DNA of 64,000 bases from contig DASREM010000056.1 in NCBI GenBank assembly GCA_035652095.1, positions 199,070-263,069 of the forward strand, in the 5' to 3' direction. The DNA comes from Terriglobales bacterium (GTDB lineage: Bacteria > Acidobacteriota > Terriglobia > Terriglobales > Acidobacteriaceae). Made by a program: the position numbers and the translations under genes. Shown piece after piece: positions 27,859 to 37,002 of the stretch. Under the pieces are notes generated by a model that was not told where the DNA came from, did no database searches, and saw nothing but the letters and a program-made list of their open reading frames with translations. The stretch's first letter is position 1. Each line of letters opens with the position of its first letter.

Positions 27859-29775
27859 CTAGGATCCCATTCGGTGCAGAACCGAGAGGAGTCGCGCCAG
27901 GCTTCCGGCAGTTTCCGGGCTGGCTGTGGAACTGGTGAACAAGGCGCGCACCAGATCGTTCTGCTCCTGGGCCAGCCGCAGCAGGTTGGCAGAGTCCTTG
28001 GTATTGGAGTCGTTCGAGATATCAGCAACCATGCCTTGGTCGCCTACTTTAGAAAGCATTTCCGCTTGCTGGTGCGCCAGGTTTGCGATCCAACGCCGGT
28101 GGTCTTGACGAATTTCCTCTACTTTAGCCAGTGATGCCGCATCCAGCTTGCCGGTCCGTTCGCTGGAGAACTCGCGATCCAATTTTTTCAGCGCCCAGGC
28201 ATGAAGGAAGGTTTGCCGCGCCAGCGTAACGACTTCATTGGAAAAAACCGCGATCTGCTTATCGATTCCGTCCGCTGCCGCCCCGGTCTGCACAAAGTGC
28301 TTATGCAGTTGATCGTAGAGCGGCATTTTGGCGCTCGAAAGATCGGCCAAGGTGGCGGTGTAGCTCGGACTGCCGCTGGAAGCAACCCGGTCGCTCAAGG
28401 TGTCGGGCGGTGCGTACAGTTCGGCGCCGCTCTTCAATTCCCGAGGCAGGTACAGTTCGATGCGTAACGGGCCGGCGACCCCTTTCAAGGACTCCCGAAT
28501 CCTTCCCCGTCGCCCCGGGCCATCCACCAGACCCTGCACCAGCAATGAGCCATCTGACATCGGGAACAGGTAGATTTCCTCTCCCAGGCAGGCGTCGGCT
28601 CGATGCAGGGCGGCCGCCACGGCAACCTCTTCCGTGCTGGCCTGGGAATTCAGGTAAGTGAGCGGCGAAGGCTTGTGAGTCGGCCCGTTCGGCTTCTGTC
28701 CCGCGTCATTAACGGAAAGATCGACGGCTCCGCTCAAATGCGCGATTTCGGCTTCGCGAGGTTCCACCTTATACGAGGTGCGTGTAAAGCGGTATTCGCG
28801 CGCCTCGTCCTGCGAGCCAGTATAGATGCTTAGCTGAGCGGGAGCGAAATCACTGCTGTCCAGGGTCAGCATCGCTTCGGAGATTCCCGATTCGTGCGCT
28901 GAGGCGAACGGGTAATGCAACTCGATCGCGCCCTCAGAACGGCTTACGGAAGTATCGGTGCGGTTGCGCGAGCTCACCAGTTTACGAAAGCTTGCCGAAG
29001 AAACATCGGGAACCCACTGCTGGGCGGTAAGGTACCGCAGTAGCTGATCGTCATCCCCGCCCGGGGTAAATACGGAACGCAGCAGATCCGCCGCAACCGC
29101 ACCCGAGTTCTTCGCAGACATCTCGAAGGGCCCGACGGCGGTCTGCGCGCTCACGTATGTTGGACCCTGTGAGTCTCGTACGAGGGTGATGTTCCCCAGG
29201 GCCTTTGAGCTTCCTCTGCGGCGTTCGACCCGCTCCACGGTCAAAGACGTCCGGGTAACCTGGCCGGCATGGGCGGTGTGCGTGGTTTCGTACTTCTCGG
29301 CCCGCGTCAGAAGCGTGTCGGCTGATACCCGAGTATTGAGCACATCGGTAAACATCACGACAACCAGGCACGCTACCATCGCGGTTGCGATCGCCGCCTG
29401 CCGGTGCGCGAGTAAGGCTGTTCCGATTTGCGTACTCCAACGCCGCCAACCGAAGAATTTCTCGAACATGCGTTCGGTGACATGGGACGACGCTTCCGCT
29501 TCACGCGCATGCCGCCCCAGGCGCTGCCGGAATTGCTCCACCCTGTTTTCGTCAAGCGCGCCGGGTTCGGGCAAAAGCGACTGGCGGGTTTGGACGAAGC
29601 TCTCGATGCTTGACTGGATCACTCCAGCCCGGCTGCGGCACACCCAGCAGCTTTCAAGATGAATCTTGGAAATCTGAAGCTCGGAAGCGGGGAGCTCTCC
29701 ATCCAGGCACGCAATGATCTGCGCGTCGTTAAGATGCGGGGGAAGAAGGGGTTTCTGATCAGGCCCGCGCTTCAT
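27859..29775 (-). CDS. Anti-sigma factor, zf-HC2-type N-terminus, one TM, large extracytoplasmic domain
   Basis: LNDAQIIACLDGELPASELQISKIHLESCWVCRSR is a zf-HC2-like motif. TM segment AAIATAMVACLVVVMF. Overlaps the sigma factor stop by 17 nt. Confidence 0.7.
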   Translation of the reverse strand: MKRGPDQKPLLPPHLNDAQIIACLDGELPASELQISKIHLESCWVCRSRAGVIQSSIESFVQTRQSLLPEPGALDENRVEQFRQRLGRHAREAEASSHVTERMFEKFFGWRRWSTQIGTALLAHRQAAIATAMVACLVVVMFTDVLNTRVSADTLLTRAEKYETTHTAHAGQVTRTSLTVERVERRRGSSKALGNITLVRDSQGPTYVSAQTAVGPFEMSAKNSGAVAADLLRSVFTPGGDDDQLLRYLTAQQWVPDVSSASFRKLVSSRNRTDTSVSRSEGAIELHYPFASAHESGISEAMLTLDSSDFAPAQLSIYTGSQDEAREYRFTRTSYKVEPREAEIAHLSGAVDLSVNDAGQKPNGPTHKPSPLTYLNSQASTEEVAVAAALHRADACLGEEIYLFPMSDGSLLVQGLVDGPGRRGRIRESLKGVAGPLRIELYLPRELKSGAELYAPPDTLSDRVASSGSPSYTATLADLSSAKMPLYDQLHKHFVQTGAAADGIDKQIAVFSNEVVTLARQTFLHAWALKKLDREFSSERTGKLDAASLAKVEEIRQDHRRWIANLAHQQAEMLSKVGDQGMVADISNDSNTKDSANLLRLAQEQNDLVRALFTSSTASPETAGSLARLLSVLHRMGS

Positions 29776-30334
29776 TCCGCACCTCGAATTTTTTTAGACC
29801 GCGAGCCAAATACACGCTAACCGCTTTCTGACTGATTCCCAGCACGTCGCCGATTTCCTGGTAACTCAATCCTTCTGCGCGCAGCAGCAGGCAGTGCTTT
29901 TCGCGCTCATTGAGGACCTGCAGAGAGTTCGCGATCTGTTCCTGCACGATCAGATCATTTTCCGTAGAACGCGGAACATCATTCAGGTTGCGTGCGGAAA
30001 GCCATTCCGCGCATGCCACTTCATGGATTCCGCGCCTGCGTATGTGGTCGATCGCGAGATTGTGCACGACCCGGTAAAGCCAGCTGCGCACATTCAGGAT
30101 CTGCGCGTTGCGTTGCAGCTGATCAAACAATTTCAAGAACGCAATCTGCACCAGGTCCTCTCCCTCGCCAGCCGAGCCCACCACCTGGTACGCATATCCC
30201 AGCAACGACGGCCGCATCGTCGCATAGAGATCAACAATATTTTCCTGGAGAGGGTTGGTACGCCGGGGACCTTCGGCGCAGTCGGCCCCAAAAAGCTCGC
30301 TCCGATTCAAAATGTGTTCTTGGCCCATGATCAC
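29759..30334 (-). CDS. ECF-type RNA polymerase sigma-70 family factor
   Basis: Region 2 (LVQIAFLKLFD...SWLYRVVHNLAIDHIRR) and region 4 (LNEREKHCLLLRAEGLSYQEIGDVLGISQKAVSVYLARG). Confidence 0.9.
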   Translation of the reverse strand: MIMGQEHILNRSELFGADCAEGPRRTNPLQENIVDLYATMRPSLLGYAYQVVGSAGEGEDLVQIAFLKLFDQLQRNAQILNVRSWLYRVVHNLAIDHIRRRGIHEVACAEWLSARNLNDVPRSTENDLIVQEQIANSLQVLNEREKHCLLLRAEGLSYQEIGDVLGISQKAVSVYLARGLKKFEVRNEARA

Positions 30335-30538
30335 GACGTTGCGTTCTACGTTTTCGAGCCCGGAAGCATTGCCCGAAAACGCAGCAATGCACCTTGTATA
30401 TCATCAACTTGCCCTTTTCCGTCCCGCAAAAAGAAATATTTTCTTGGCCCTGCAGGATGTTAGCAAACCCGCATTGCAGGCCGTCACAGAGGATGCAAAA
30501 CCTAACATATCAATGCGCAAAGTCTGTGCACTTTCAAG

Positions 30539-30823
30539 ATGCTCCCTGAACTGCTTCTCGATTTCGGTCATGGTGCTGGGGTGAGTTGGAAGCTGCCCGG
30601 CCGCCTCTCGGCATCGGCTTCTGACCCGCTCACCGCTTTCGATCGGGCGCTGGTTCGCTTGGTCGCCCAAGGCCTGCCCGACCGCGTGATCGCCCAACGC
30701 CTCGCCCTCGAAGAAGACCAGTTTCGGGACGCTTTAATCAATATTTTCAGGAAGTTAGCGTTGGCTGGGCTTCTTGACCAGTTGCTCTACACAAATAACG
30801 AAACAGATCAGATTGCTTGTTAG
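30539..30823 (+). CDS. Small LuxR/GerE-type HTH protein (candidate)
   Basis: LTAFDRALVRLVAQGLPDRVIAQRLALEEDQFRDALINIFRKL fits the LuxR C-terminal HTH pattern. A strong terminator follows at 30926. The start codon is uncertain. Confidence 0.45.
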   Translation: MLPELLLDFGHGAGVSWKLPGRLSASASDPLTAFDRALVRLVAQGLPDRVIAQRLALEEDQFRDALINIFRKLALAGLLDQLLYTNNETDQIAC

Positions 30824-30925
30824 TACAACCCGTCCCTATCTCGTCATAGGGCTGCGAGTGCGTTCCACTGTGCAGCGACAAAGTTCTCCCTGCCAGTCTT
30901 GAACTGGATTTTACCTGCCCCCTAA

Positions 30926-30969
30926 GGAGCTCAGTCCGCCCCTGGATATGAGCTCCATTTTTTGTTTTA
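30926..30969 (+). terminator. Rho-independent terminator
   Basis: GGAGCTCA / TGAGCTCC 8-bp stem with a 15-nt loop, followed by ATTTTTTGTTTTAT. The T-tract abuts the stop codon of the convergent sigma-54 activator gene. Confidence 0.6.
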
Positions 30970-32448
30970 TCGGGATCGCTGTTCTTCGGCAGGGTTTCCT
31001 TGCCCTGTGCCCTCAACATCGTCGTCGCCGTGGATCAGGCCGAATTTTTTTAGCTTATAACGCAGCGCGTCACGCGAGATATCCAGCAGGCGCGCGGCAT
31101 GCGTCTGGTTCCCATCGGCCTGCCGCATGGCCAATTCCACCATGGCCCGTTCCATCTCCTCGAGCGAGGTGCCGCCCTCGGGAATATAGAGTCGCGGCAG
31201 CATCCGGCCGTTGGAAAGCTGTTGGCCGCCATCACTGGGCGTCGTACGCTCGAACGCGGTCAGCCCACCCGATTCGGCCACCGAAAAGGGCAGATAGATC
31301 GGACGCAGCAGCGGTTCGTCTTCCAGGATCATCGCGCGCTCAATTGAATTCTTCAGTTCGCGCACATTCCCCGGCCAGTTGTGACCCAACAGCAGGCGCC
31401 GGGTTTCTTCCGTGATTCCGCGAACCGATTTCTTGAATTTCCGGTTGTAGCGGTCAATGAAAAACTCCACCAGCGGTGCGATATCGTCTTTGCGGTCTCG
31501 CAGCGGTGGAATGAAAATCGCGATGATCGCCAGCCGATAGTACAGGTCTTGCCGAAACTGGTTTTCTCGGACCGCTTTTTCGAGGTCTCGGTTGGAAGCT
31601 GCGATGACCCGCACGTCCACCTGCATGTCGCGCACACCGCCCACCCTGCGAATCACCTGGTCTTCAAGCACCCGCAATAATTTGGCCTGCAGCAGGGGCG
31701 AGAGTTCGCCGATCTCATCCAGAAAGAGCGTTCCGCCGTCCGCCATCTCGAACAGGCCTTTCTTCATCTGCTTGGCATCGGTGAATGCCCCCTTTTCATG
31801 GCCGAACAGCTCCGCTTCCATCAAGGTTTCCGGAATGGCCGAGCAGTTGATGGCGACGAACGGCTTCTCCTGGCGCACGCTTTCGTAATGAATCGCCTTC
31901 GCGATCAGGTCTTTTCCCGTCCCGCTTTCCCCCTGGATCAGGATCGTCGTCGCCTCGCTGGCCGCCACCTTGCGCACGAAATTCATCAGTTCCGTCATCT
32001 TCCCGGAAACCCCAATGACCTCGTGATACCCGGTTCGCCTTCGCACCTCGCCGCGCAGGCTCTGCACTTCGTGGCGCAGACGCGTCGTCTCCAGGGCATT
32101 CTTGATGGCAACGCCCAGCTCTTCAAAGTCGAGAGGCTTACCCACGAAGTCGTAAGCGCCCAACTTCAGCGCGTGCTTCACATCGTCCAATTGCGGGTCG
32201 GCGGTGATCATGATGACGGCGCGAGCATCGCCGTTCTTTTTCATTTGCTCCAGAACTTCAAGGCCGCTCATGTCGGGCAACCGGACGTCCAGCAGGATGA
32301 GATCCGGGCTTTCGTGTTGCGCGAGCTTCAGCGCAGCCTCGCCGGTTTCCGCTTCGGCAACGTGATATCCCCATTCTTCACACTTCTGCCGGAGCGACCA
32401 GCGCACCAGCCGCTCGTCATCGACGACCAGGATTTTCTCCGACGCCAT
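30967..32448 (-). CDS. Sigma-54-dependent response regulator (receiver + AAA+ + Fis-type HTH; NtrC family)
   Basis: KILVVDDERLVR...LILLDVRLPDMSG. Walker A GESGTGKD. ELFGHEKGAFTDA (GAFTGA loop with Gly to Asp at position 5). LFLDEIGEL. C-terminal GNQTHAARLLDISRDALRYKLKKFG. Confidence 0.9.
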   Translation of the reverse strand: MASEKILVVDDERLVRWSLRQKCEEWGYHVAEAETGEAALKLAQHESPDLILLDVRLPDMSGLEVLEQMKKNGDARAVIMITADPQLDDVKHALKLGAYDFVGKPLDFEELGVAIKNALETTRLRHEVQSLRGEVRRRTGYHEVIGVSGKMTELMNFVRKVAASEATTILIQGESGTGKDLIAKAIHYESVRQEKPFVAINCSAIPETLMEAELFGHEKGAFTDAKQMKKGLFEMADGGTLFLDEIGELSPLLQAKLLRVLEDQVIRRVGGVRDMQVDVRVIAASNRDLEKAVRENQFRQDLYYRLAIIAIFIPPLRDRKDDIAPLVEFFIDRYNRKFKKSVRGITEETRRLLLGHNWPGNVRELKNSIERAMILEDEPLLRPIYLPFSVAESGGLTAFERTTPSDGGQQLSNGRMLPRLYIPEGGTSLEEMERAMVELAMRQADGNQTHAARLLDISRDALRYKLKKFGLIHGDDDVEGTGQGNPAEEQRSR

Positions 32449-32632
32449 AACGTGATTAAGCTTACTACGGCGGCACTTGATTTACCCGCGCGCGTCTCAC
32501 CGGCTCATGGAGGCATCGTCCTCCTTGACGCCATGCCGGAGCGGGACCTTCTTGGGCATGAGGACGGAAAGCCTCTTTTGTGCACCCCTTTTTGGGGGAC
32601 GCGGGATCAGAGGTCAGATTTGCGTTTACTTC

Positions 32633-33352
32633 CTATCTTTTGGCTGCCAGGACGTAGATCACCCAGGGCGCCAGGTGGGTTTCACTCACCCAGTTGACTC
32701 CTTCATTCGCCTTGCCCAACGGTTTGCAAATTTCGACTACCTCCAGGCCAGACGCGAGGTAGATGTGATGGTAAGCCTCGTCGGTACACAGCACGTCCTC
32801 TGCTGGCTTGCCGCCGCGAAATTCGGTGGTCACAATGCGAACCACATCTCCATCTCGCGCAAGCTGATTTTGGGGAAAGTCCCGCGTTGAAAATGACGCC
32901 CACTCATGGGTGTATATCTCAGGCGAAGAGACGATATTTATGGCGCGCCCGGCAGGAGCCAATACCTTCCTGATCGCGCGCAGGCATCTTTCCTTTTGCG
33001 GCGCCGGAATATTGTCGAAGGGGAACGCAGCCAGCACGAGATCGAAGCTGCCCGCCGCAAATTGGCTCAAGTCTCCATTTTCGAGCAGCACGTACTCGCC
33101 ACTCGGGTCAACCTGTCTCGCGTTTCGAATCATGGACTCGGCAATGTCGACTCCCGTCACGCTGAAGCCGTAGGAGCGCAGAAGCCGCGTGGAGCGGCCT
33201 GTTCCGCACCCGAAATCCAAGGCGCGCCTCCCGATCACATGGCGACCTAGGATGCCCGGCAGATCGCGGTATACCAAGTGATATGTGCCGCTCCATTCCA
33301 GGCCCGCATATGAATTCGCGTAGTCTTCGTCCGCGTACACATTGTGGAACAT
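32633..33352 (-). CDS. Class I SAM-dependent methyltransferase
   Basis: Motif I ALDFGCGTGRSTRLL, followed by GVDIAESMI and DLVLAAF. Confidence 0.8.
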   Translation of the reverse strand: MFHNVYADEDYANSYAGLEWSGTYHLVYRDLPGILGRHVIGRRALDFGCGTGRSTRLLRSYGFSVTGVDIAESMIRNARQVDPSGEYVLLENGDLSQFAAGSFDLVLAAFPFDNIPAPQKERCLRAIRKVLAPAGRAINIVSSPEIYTHEWASFSTRDFPQNQLARDGDVVRIVTTEFRGGKPAEDVLCTDEAYHHIYLASGLEVVEICKPLGKANEGVNWVSETHLAPWVIYVLAAKR

Positions 33353-33364
33353 GCGGTTTCCCCC

Positions 33365-33862
33365 TTAAACCGTTGGTGGTGAAGAGCGCGCCTGATGGGC
33401 GCAACTGGTGCGGTAAAGACGTGCGGTCCCAACTAAATGAGCAAGGCCGACACACAATGCAGTCGCCGAGAACAACAGCAGCCGGAAAGGGTACGGACGT
33501 CTCAGCGAGACGACGGTCTCTGAAATGATGAGCAAACCGCGCATTAAGTAGATTGCAGTTACAACGCTAAGAACGGCACGCAGCAGCGGGAGAGGGCGTA
33601 TCTTCCCCGCGCCGGACAGTGCGTAGAGACCCGAGCATGCCATGATGGTTCCTATTCCGAGACATAAAATTACGTATGACCTGTAACTCCGCATACTGAA
33701 TTGGGCGGGGCCGCCGAAATAGTCGATCCAAGCGACCGGCCAGCAGATTGCACTGACTTGGAATATTGCGAAGGCCAGAGAGAAACACCCGCCTATAAAG
33801 AGGAAGTTATTGTGTGCAGTCGTGGGCCGAAAGGCCGGTGCTGCCGCCGCGGCTTGCTGCAT
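33365..33862 (-). CDS. Hypothetical integral membrane protein (about 4 TM)
   Basis: ORF 33365..33913. I prefer the ATG at 33862, preceded by AGGGGGA. Hydrophobic segments throughout. No recognised family. Confidence 0.4.
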   Translation of the reverse strand: MQQAAAAAPAFRPTTAHNNFLFIGGCFSLAFAIFQVSAICWPVAWIDYFGGPAQFSMRSYRSYVILCLGIGTIMACSGLYALSGAGKIRPLPLLRAVLSVVTAIYLMRGLLIISETVVSLRRPYPFRLLLFSATALCVGLAHLVGTARLYRTSCAHQARSSPPTV

Positions 33863-33891
33863 ATGTCCCCCTGCATTCAACGCGATCTCTC

Positions 33892-34251
33892 TCAGATATA
33901 CTGCCAGAGGCACAGCTCGTTACCATCGGGATCATGGAAAAACGAGAGTAGACCTCCGTCTTCCTTCGTTATCGGAGTCGTTGCCACCCCCCTCGCCTGC
34001 AACGCTTCGCTGGCCTCGTGAATATTGGCTGCGCAAAGGCTCAGGCGGGCATTGCCGGTCCCGGTGAGCGCGATGCCGGCGGGGCTGGGCACGAGCTCGA
34101 ACAGGACCCCATTCAAATCGAAGCGCGCGACGTAATCGCGAGAGACCAGTTGCATCCCGAGAATATCGCAATAGAAACGAATGGACCTTTCCATATCGGT
34201 GACGTGGTAATACACGGCATCAAATCTCACATTCAGTTCTGGATTCCCCAT
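33892..34251 (-). CDS. VOC-family (glyoxalase/bleomycin-resistance fold) protein
   Basis: ORF 33892..34281, with start at MGNPELNVRFDAVYYHVTDMERSIRFYCDILGM. Ends ...FFHDPDGNELCLWQY. Confidence 0.75.
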   Translation of the reverse strand: MGNPELNVRFDAVYYHVTDMERSIRFYCDILGMQLVSRDYVARFDLNGVLFELVPSPAGIALTGTGNARLSLCAANIHEASEALQARGVATTPITKEDGGLLSFFHDPDGNELCLWQYI

Positions 34252-34355
34252 GGCGCACACCTGCCATGCATTAGTGTGCATGCATACGTATTAGCTTGTC
34301 TGTGATTGGAAGAAGAGGGTGTTTGTAAACCTCAGTGCGGCGGGAAGTGAATTCG

Positions 34356-35597
34356 TCAGCTCGCGACTTCCACTCCACTCGGGCGCATGATCGGCAGTCG
34401 CACCAGGAATGTTGTACCGCGTCCAGCCGAGCTTTCCACGTCGATTTTCCCGTCATGTTCCTCGACAATCCGCTTGGCCAGCGACAGGCCCAGGCCCGTT
34501 CCATTCCCCTTGGTGGTGTAGAAAGGCCGGAAGATGTTGGGCAGGTGCTCCGGCGCAATGCCGCGCCCAGTATCGGAGACCGCGATTGCGGCGTAACCAC
34601 CATCTTCCGTGATCTCTACCGTGATCGTTCCGTGGCCTTCAATCGCCTGGATGGAATTGAGCAGCAGATTCAGCAGGACCTGGTGAATTTGATCGCTATC
34701 ATGCTCAACTTCGGGAAGCGCAGGGTCCTTCTTGAGTTCAATCTTGATCGCCTTCGACAATGCCTGCTGCCGCGCCAGCATCACCGAATGCTCAACCGTC
34801 GTATTCAGATCGCTGCGCCGAATCTCCGGAGGATGTGGCCGCGCGGTCTGCAGCAGATCGGTGATGATATGGTTGATCTGTGCGATCTCCTGGCGCACAT
34901 CCTTGACTACCGCCCGTGCCGGACTCGTGGATGGCAAGTCGCGTCCGACAATTTCGATCACCCCGGCGATTCCTGCGAGAGGGTTCCGAATTTCATGAGC
35001 TAATCCGGTAGCCAGTTCTCCCAGCGTGGCCAGATGTTCCGCGCGTGACATCTGTGTCTGATGCAAGCGATGGATCTCCTCCCGGCTCTCGCGCAACTGC
35101 TGGACCATGCGGTTGAAATTCCTTCCCAGATCGCCGATTTCGTCATTTCGGGTGTCGAAGCTCACCCGGACGTTCAAGTCTCCTTCGCCAACGTGCCCGA
35201 TCTTTTCCTGGAGCTCTACCATCGGGCGCTGTACAAAGACGGCAAGAACAAAAAGCAGGGCTGCGCAAATGGCGACCGCTCCCGCGCCCGCAACGTAGAG
35301 AACAGTGTGGCGCTCCGTATCGCGCCATGACACCGTCGCCAGCATGAACAACAGCAATCCATTGAACAAGACAAATGCCACGGGAAGGATCGCCTTCAAC
35401 TGCCAATTCACGCGGAAGAACGATACCCCGGAACGCTCTTGGGCCCTTCGCAGGCTGATGTCGCGGCCGGCGCCGGAAGCAGGCGCGATGCCCCGCAACT
35501 TCTCCGAGGCAAAACGGACGGAAGCGGTTCCCGGTTCCGCTTCCGTCCGATTCTGTTGTTCGGAAAGCCGCATTTGCTTTTGATCAAGCATATGCAT
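34356..35597 (-). CDS. Sensor histidine kinase (2 TM with minimal loop, HAMP, HisKA, HATPase_c; NtrB-like)
   Basis: ORF 34356..35726. The start (35597 or 35591) overlaps the ccsA stop. HAMP region [16 protein letters not shown]-box [17 protein letters not shown]...[18 protein letters not shown]. Confidence 0.85.
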   Translation of the reverse strand: MHMLDQKQMRLSEQQNRTEAEPGTASVRFASEKLRGIAPASGAGRDISLRRAQERSGVSFFRVNWQLKAILPVAFVLFNGLLLFMLATVSWRDTERHTVLYVAGAGAVAICAALLFVLAVFVQRPMVELQEKIGHVGEGDLNVRVSFDTRNDEIGDLGRNFNRMVQQLRESREEIHRLHQTQMSRAEHLATLGELATGLAHEIRNPLAGIAGVIEIVGRDLPSTSPARAVVKDVRQEIAQINHIITDLLQTARPHPPEIRRSDLNTTVEHSVMLARQQALSKAIKIELKKDPALPEVEHDSDQIHQVLLNLLLNSIQAIEGHGTITVEITEDGGYAAIAVSDTGRGIAPEHLPNIFRPFYTTKGNGTGLGLSLAKRIVEEHDGKIDVESSAGRGTTFLVRLPIMRPSGVEVAS

Positions 35598-36984
35598 GCA
35601 ATCCCGACAACAGATACGTAACCCCGAAGAAAGTGAACATGACCACTCCAAAGCCAAGAATGGCGAAGTAGGCTGCACGCCGGCCCCGCCATCCGCGCGT
35701 GATGCGCATGTGCAGATAGCCGGCATAGACCAGCCAGGTGATGGCGGCCCAGGTTTCCTTCGGGTCCCAACTCCAGTACGAGCCCCAGGTGCGGTTCGCC
35801 CAGTAGGCTCCGGCCGCGATCATCAGGGTGAGCAGCGGGAAGGCAATCGCGATCGTCTTGTAGGTGATCCGGTCCAGGTCCTCCGAGGAGGGCAACATTC
35901 TCTCCAGGTCCTGGCGCCGCCACAGCAACAGCAGATACAGGAGCGAGGCGAAAATTCCTCCCACCAGTCCCGACAGGATGAATGGGCTCGCTTGCAGGCT
36001 GGTGGGAAACAGTCCATCCACATCCAGCGATGGATAACGTCCATCACGCACTCGCAGCAGGAAGAACACCAGCGACAGCGCCTGAAGGAGGATGCTTACA
36101 AACACCGCGCGGTTAGCGATCGCCAGGAAGTTCTCATCCTCTTTCAACCGAAAAGCCAGGTAGAGCGCGAATGGTGCCGCCACTGCGACCAGCACTACCA
36201 GCATCAACCAGCCCAGCTCAGGAATGACAACAAAAAGGCGCATGCCCTTGGCCACGAACATTTCAGATTTCTGTTCCGGGTTCCAGCCAATCACGTTCAG
36301 GCCCCCCCACTTTTCGAAGCGGGTCAGGATTCCGGCATAGATGGCAATCGTAAAAAGGCTGGTGGCCGCCAGGAACGTCTCGGTTTTCATCTGATCCTGA
36401 ATGAGAAACATCATGGCCAATGCAAAACTCAGCGCGCAGGCCGCGTAGGCCAGCATGGCTAGAGTCACATGCACGTGCAGCCATGTGGATTGCAGCGCCG
36501 GAACCAGCGGATGGACATCGGTGCGCAGCAATTGCATCAGCACCACGCCAACGATCGCCACCGGCATGGTGACCGTGCCGATCACTTTTACTCCGTACTT
36601 CTTTTCTGCAATGAGCGTCAGGACCGCCAGCGTCCACACGAAACTCAGCAACATTTCGTAGATGCTCGCAAACGGTGGGTGCCCCGCCTCGTACCAGCGG
36701 TGTGCGACCGCCCCAGTATTGGCCAGCAGTCCGGCCCAGGTGGCGAGCGACGCGAAGCGCACATAGGAGGCGACCCCGGTCACTCCGAATCCCAGATACA
36801 GCGAGCCCGCGGCCGCGTAAAAGATCAACGAGGCATAAAGCAGATTGGACTCATTCAGAAGATTGCCGCTCTTCACCACATTCAGAAATGCCATGAAAAG
36901 CAGGAACGCAACACTCAGTCCGACCATCACGACCAGGGTCGTTCCGGTGGCTGCGGGTTGCTGTTCCACTCTTGTACGTGCCAT
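35584..36984 (-). CDS. ccsA: Cytochrome c biogenesis protein CcsA/ResC (System II heme handling)
   Basis: WWD-type tryptophan-rich motif [21 protein letters not shown]. Polytopic membrane protein. AAGGAGGA SD upstream. Starts 19 nt after resB. Confidence 0.9.
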   Translation of the reverse strand: MARTRVEQQPAATGTTLVVMVGLSVAFLLFMAFLNVVKSGNLLNESNLLYASLIFYAAAGSLYLGFGVTGVASYVRFASLATWAGLLANTGAVAHRWYEAGHPPFASIYEMLLSFVWTLAVLTLIAEKKYGVKVIGTVTMPVAIVGVVLMQLLRTDVHPLVPALQSTWLHVHVTLAMLAYAACALSFALAMMFLIQDQMKTETFLAATSLFTIAIYAGILTRFEKWGGLNVIGWNPEQKSEMFVAKGMRLFVVIPELGWLMLVVLVAVAAPFALYLAFRLKEDENFLAIANRAVFVSILLQALSLVFFLLRVRDGRYPSLDVDGLFPTSLQASPFILSGLVGGIFASLLYLLLLWRRQDLERMLPSSEDLDRITYKTIAIAFPLLTLMIAAGAYWANRTWGSYWSWDPKETWAAITWLVYAGYLHMRITRGWRGRRAAYFAILGFGVVMFTFFGVTYLLSGLHAYA

Positions 36985-37002
36985 GGGAAAAGTCCTCCTT
37001 CT

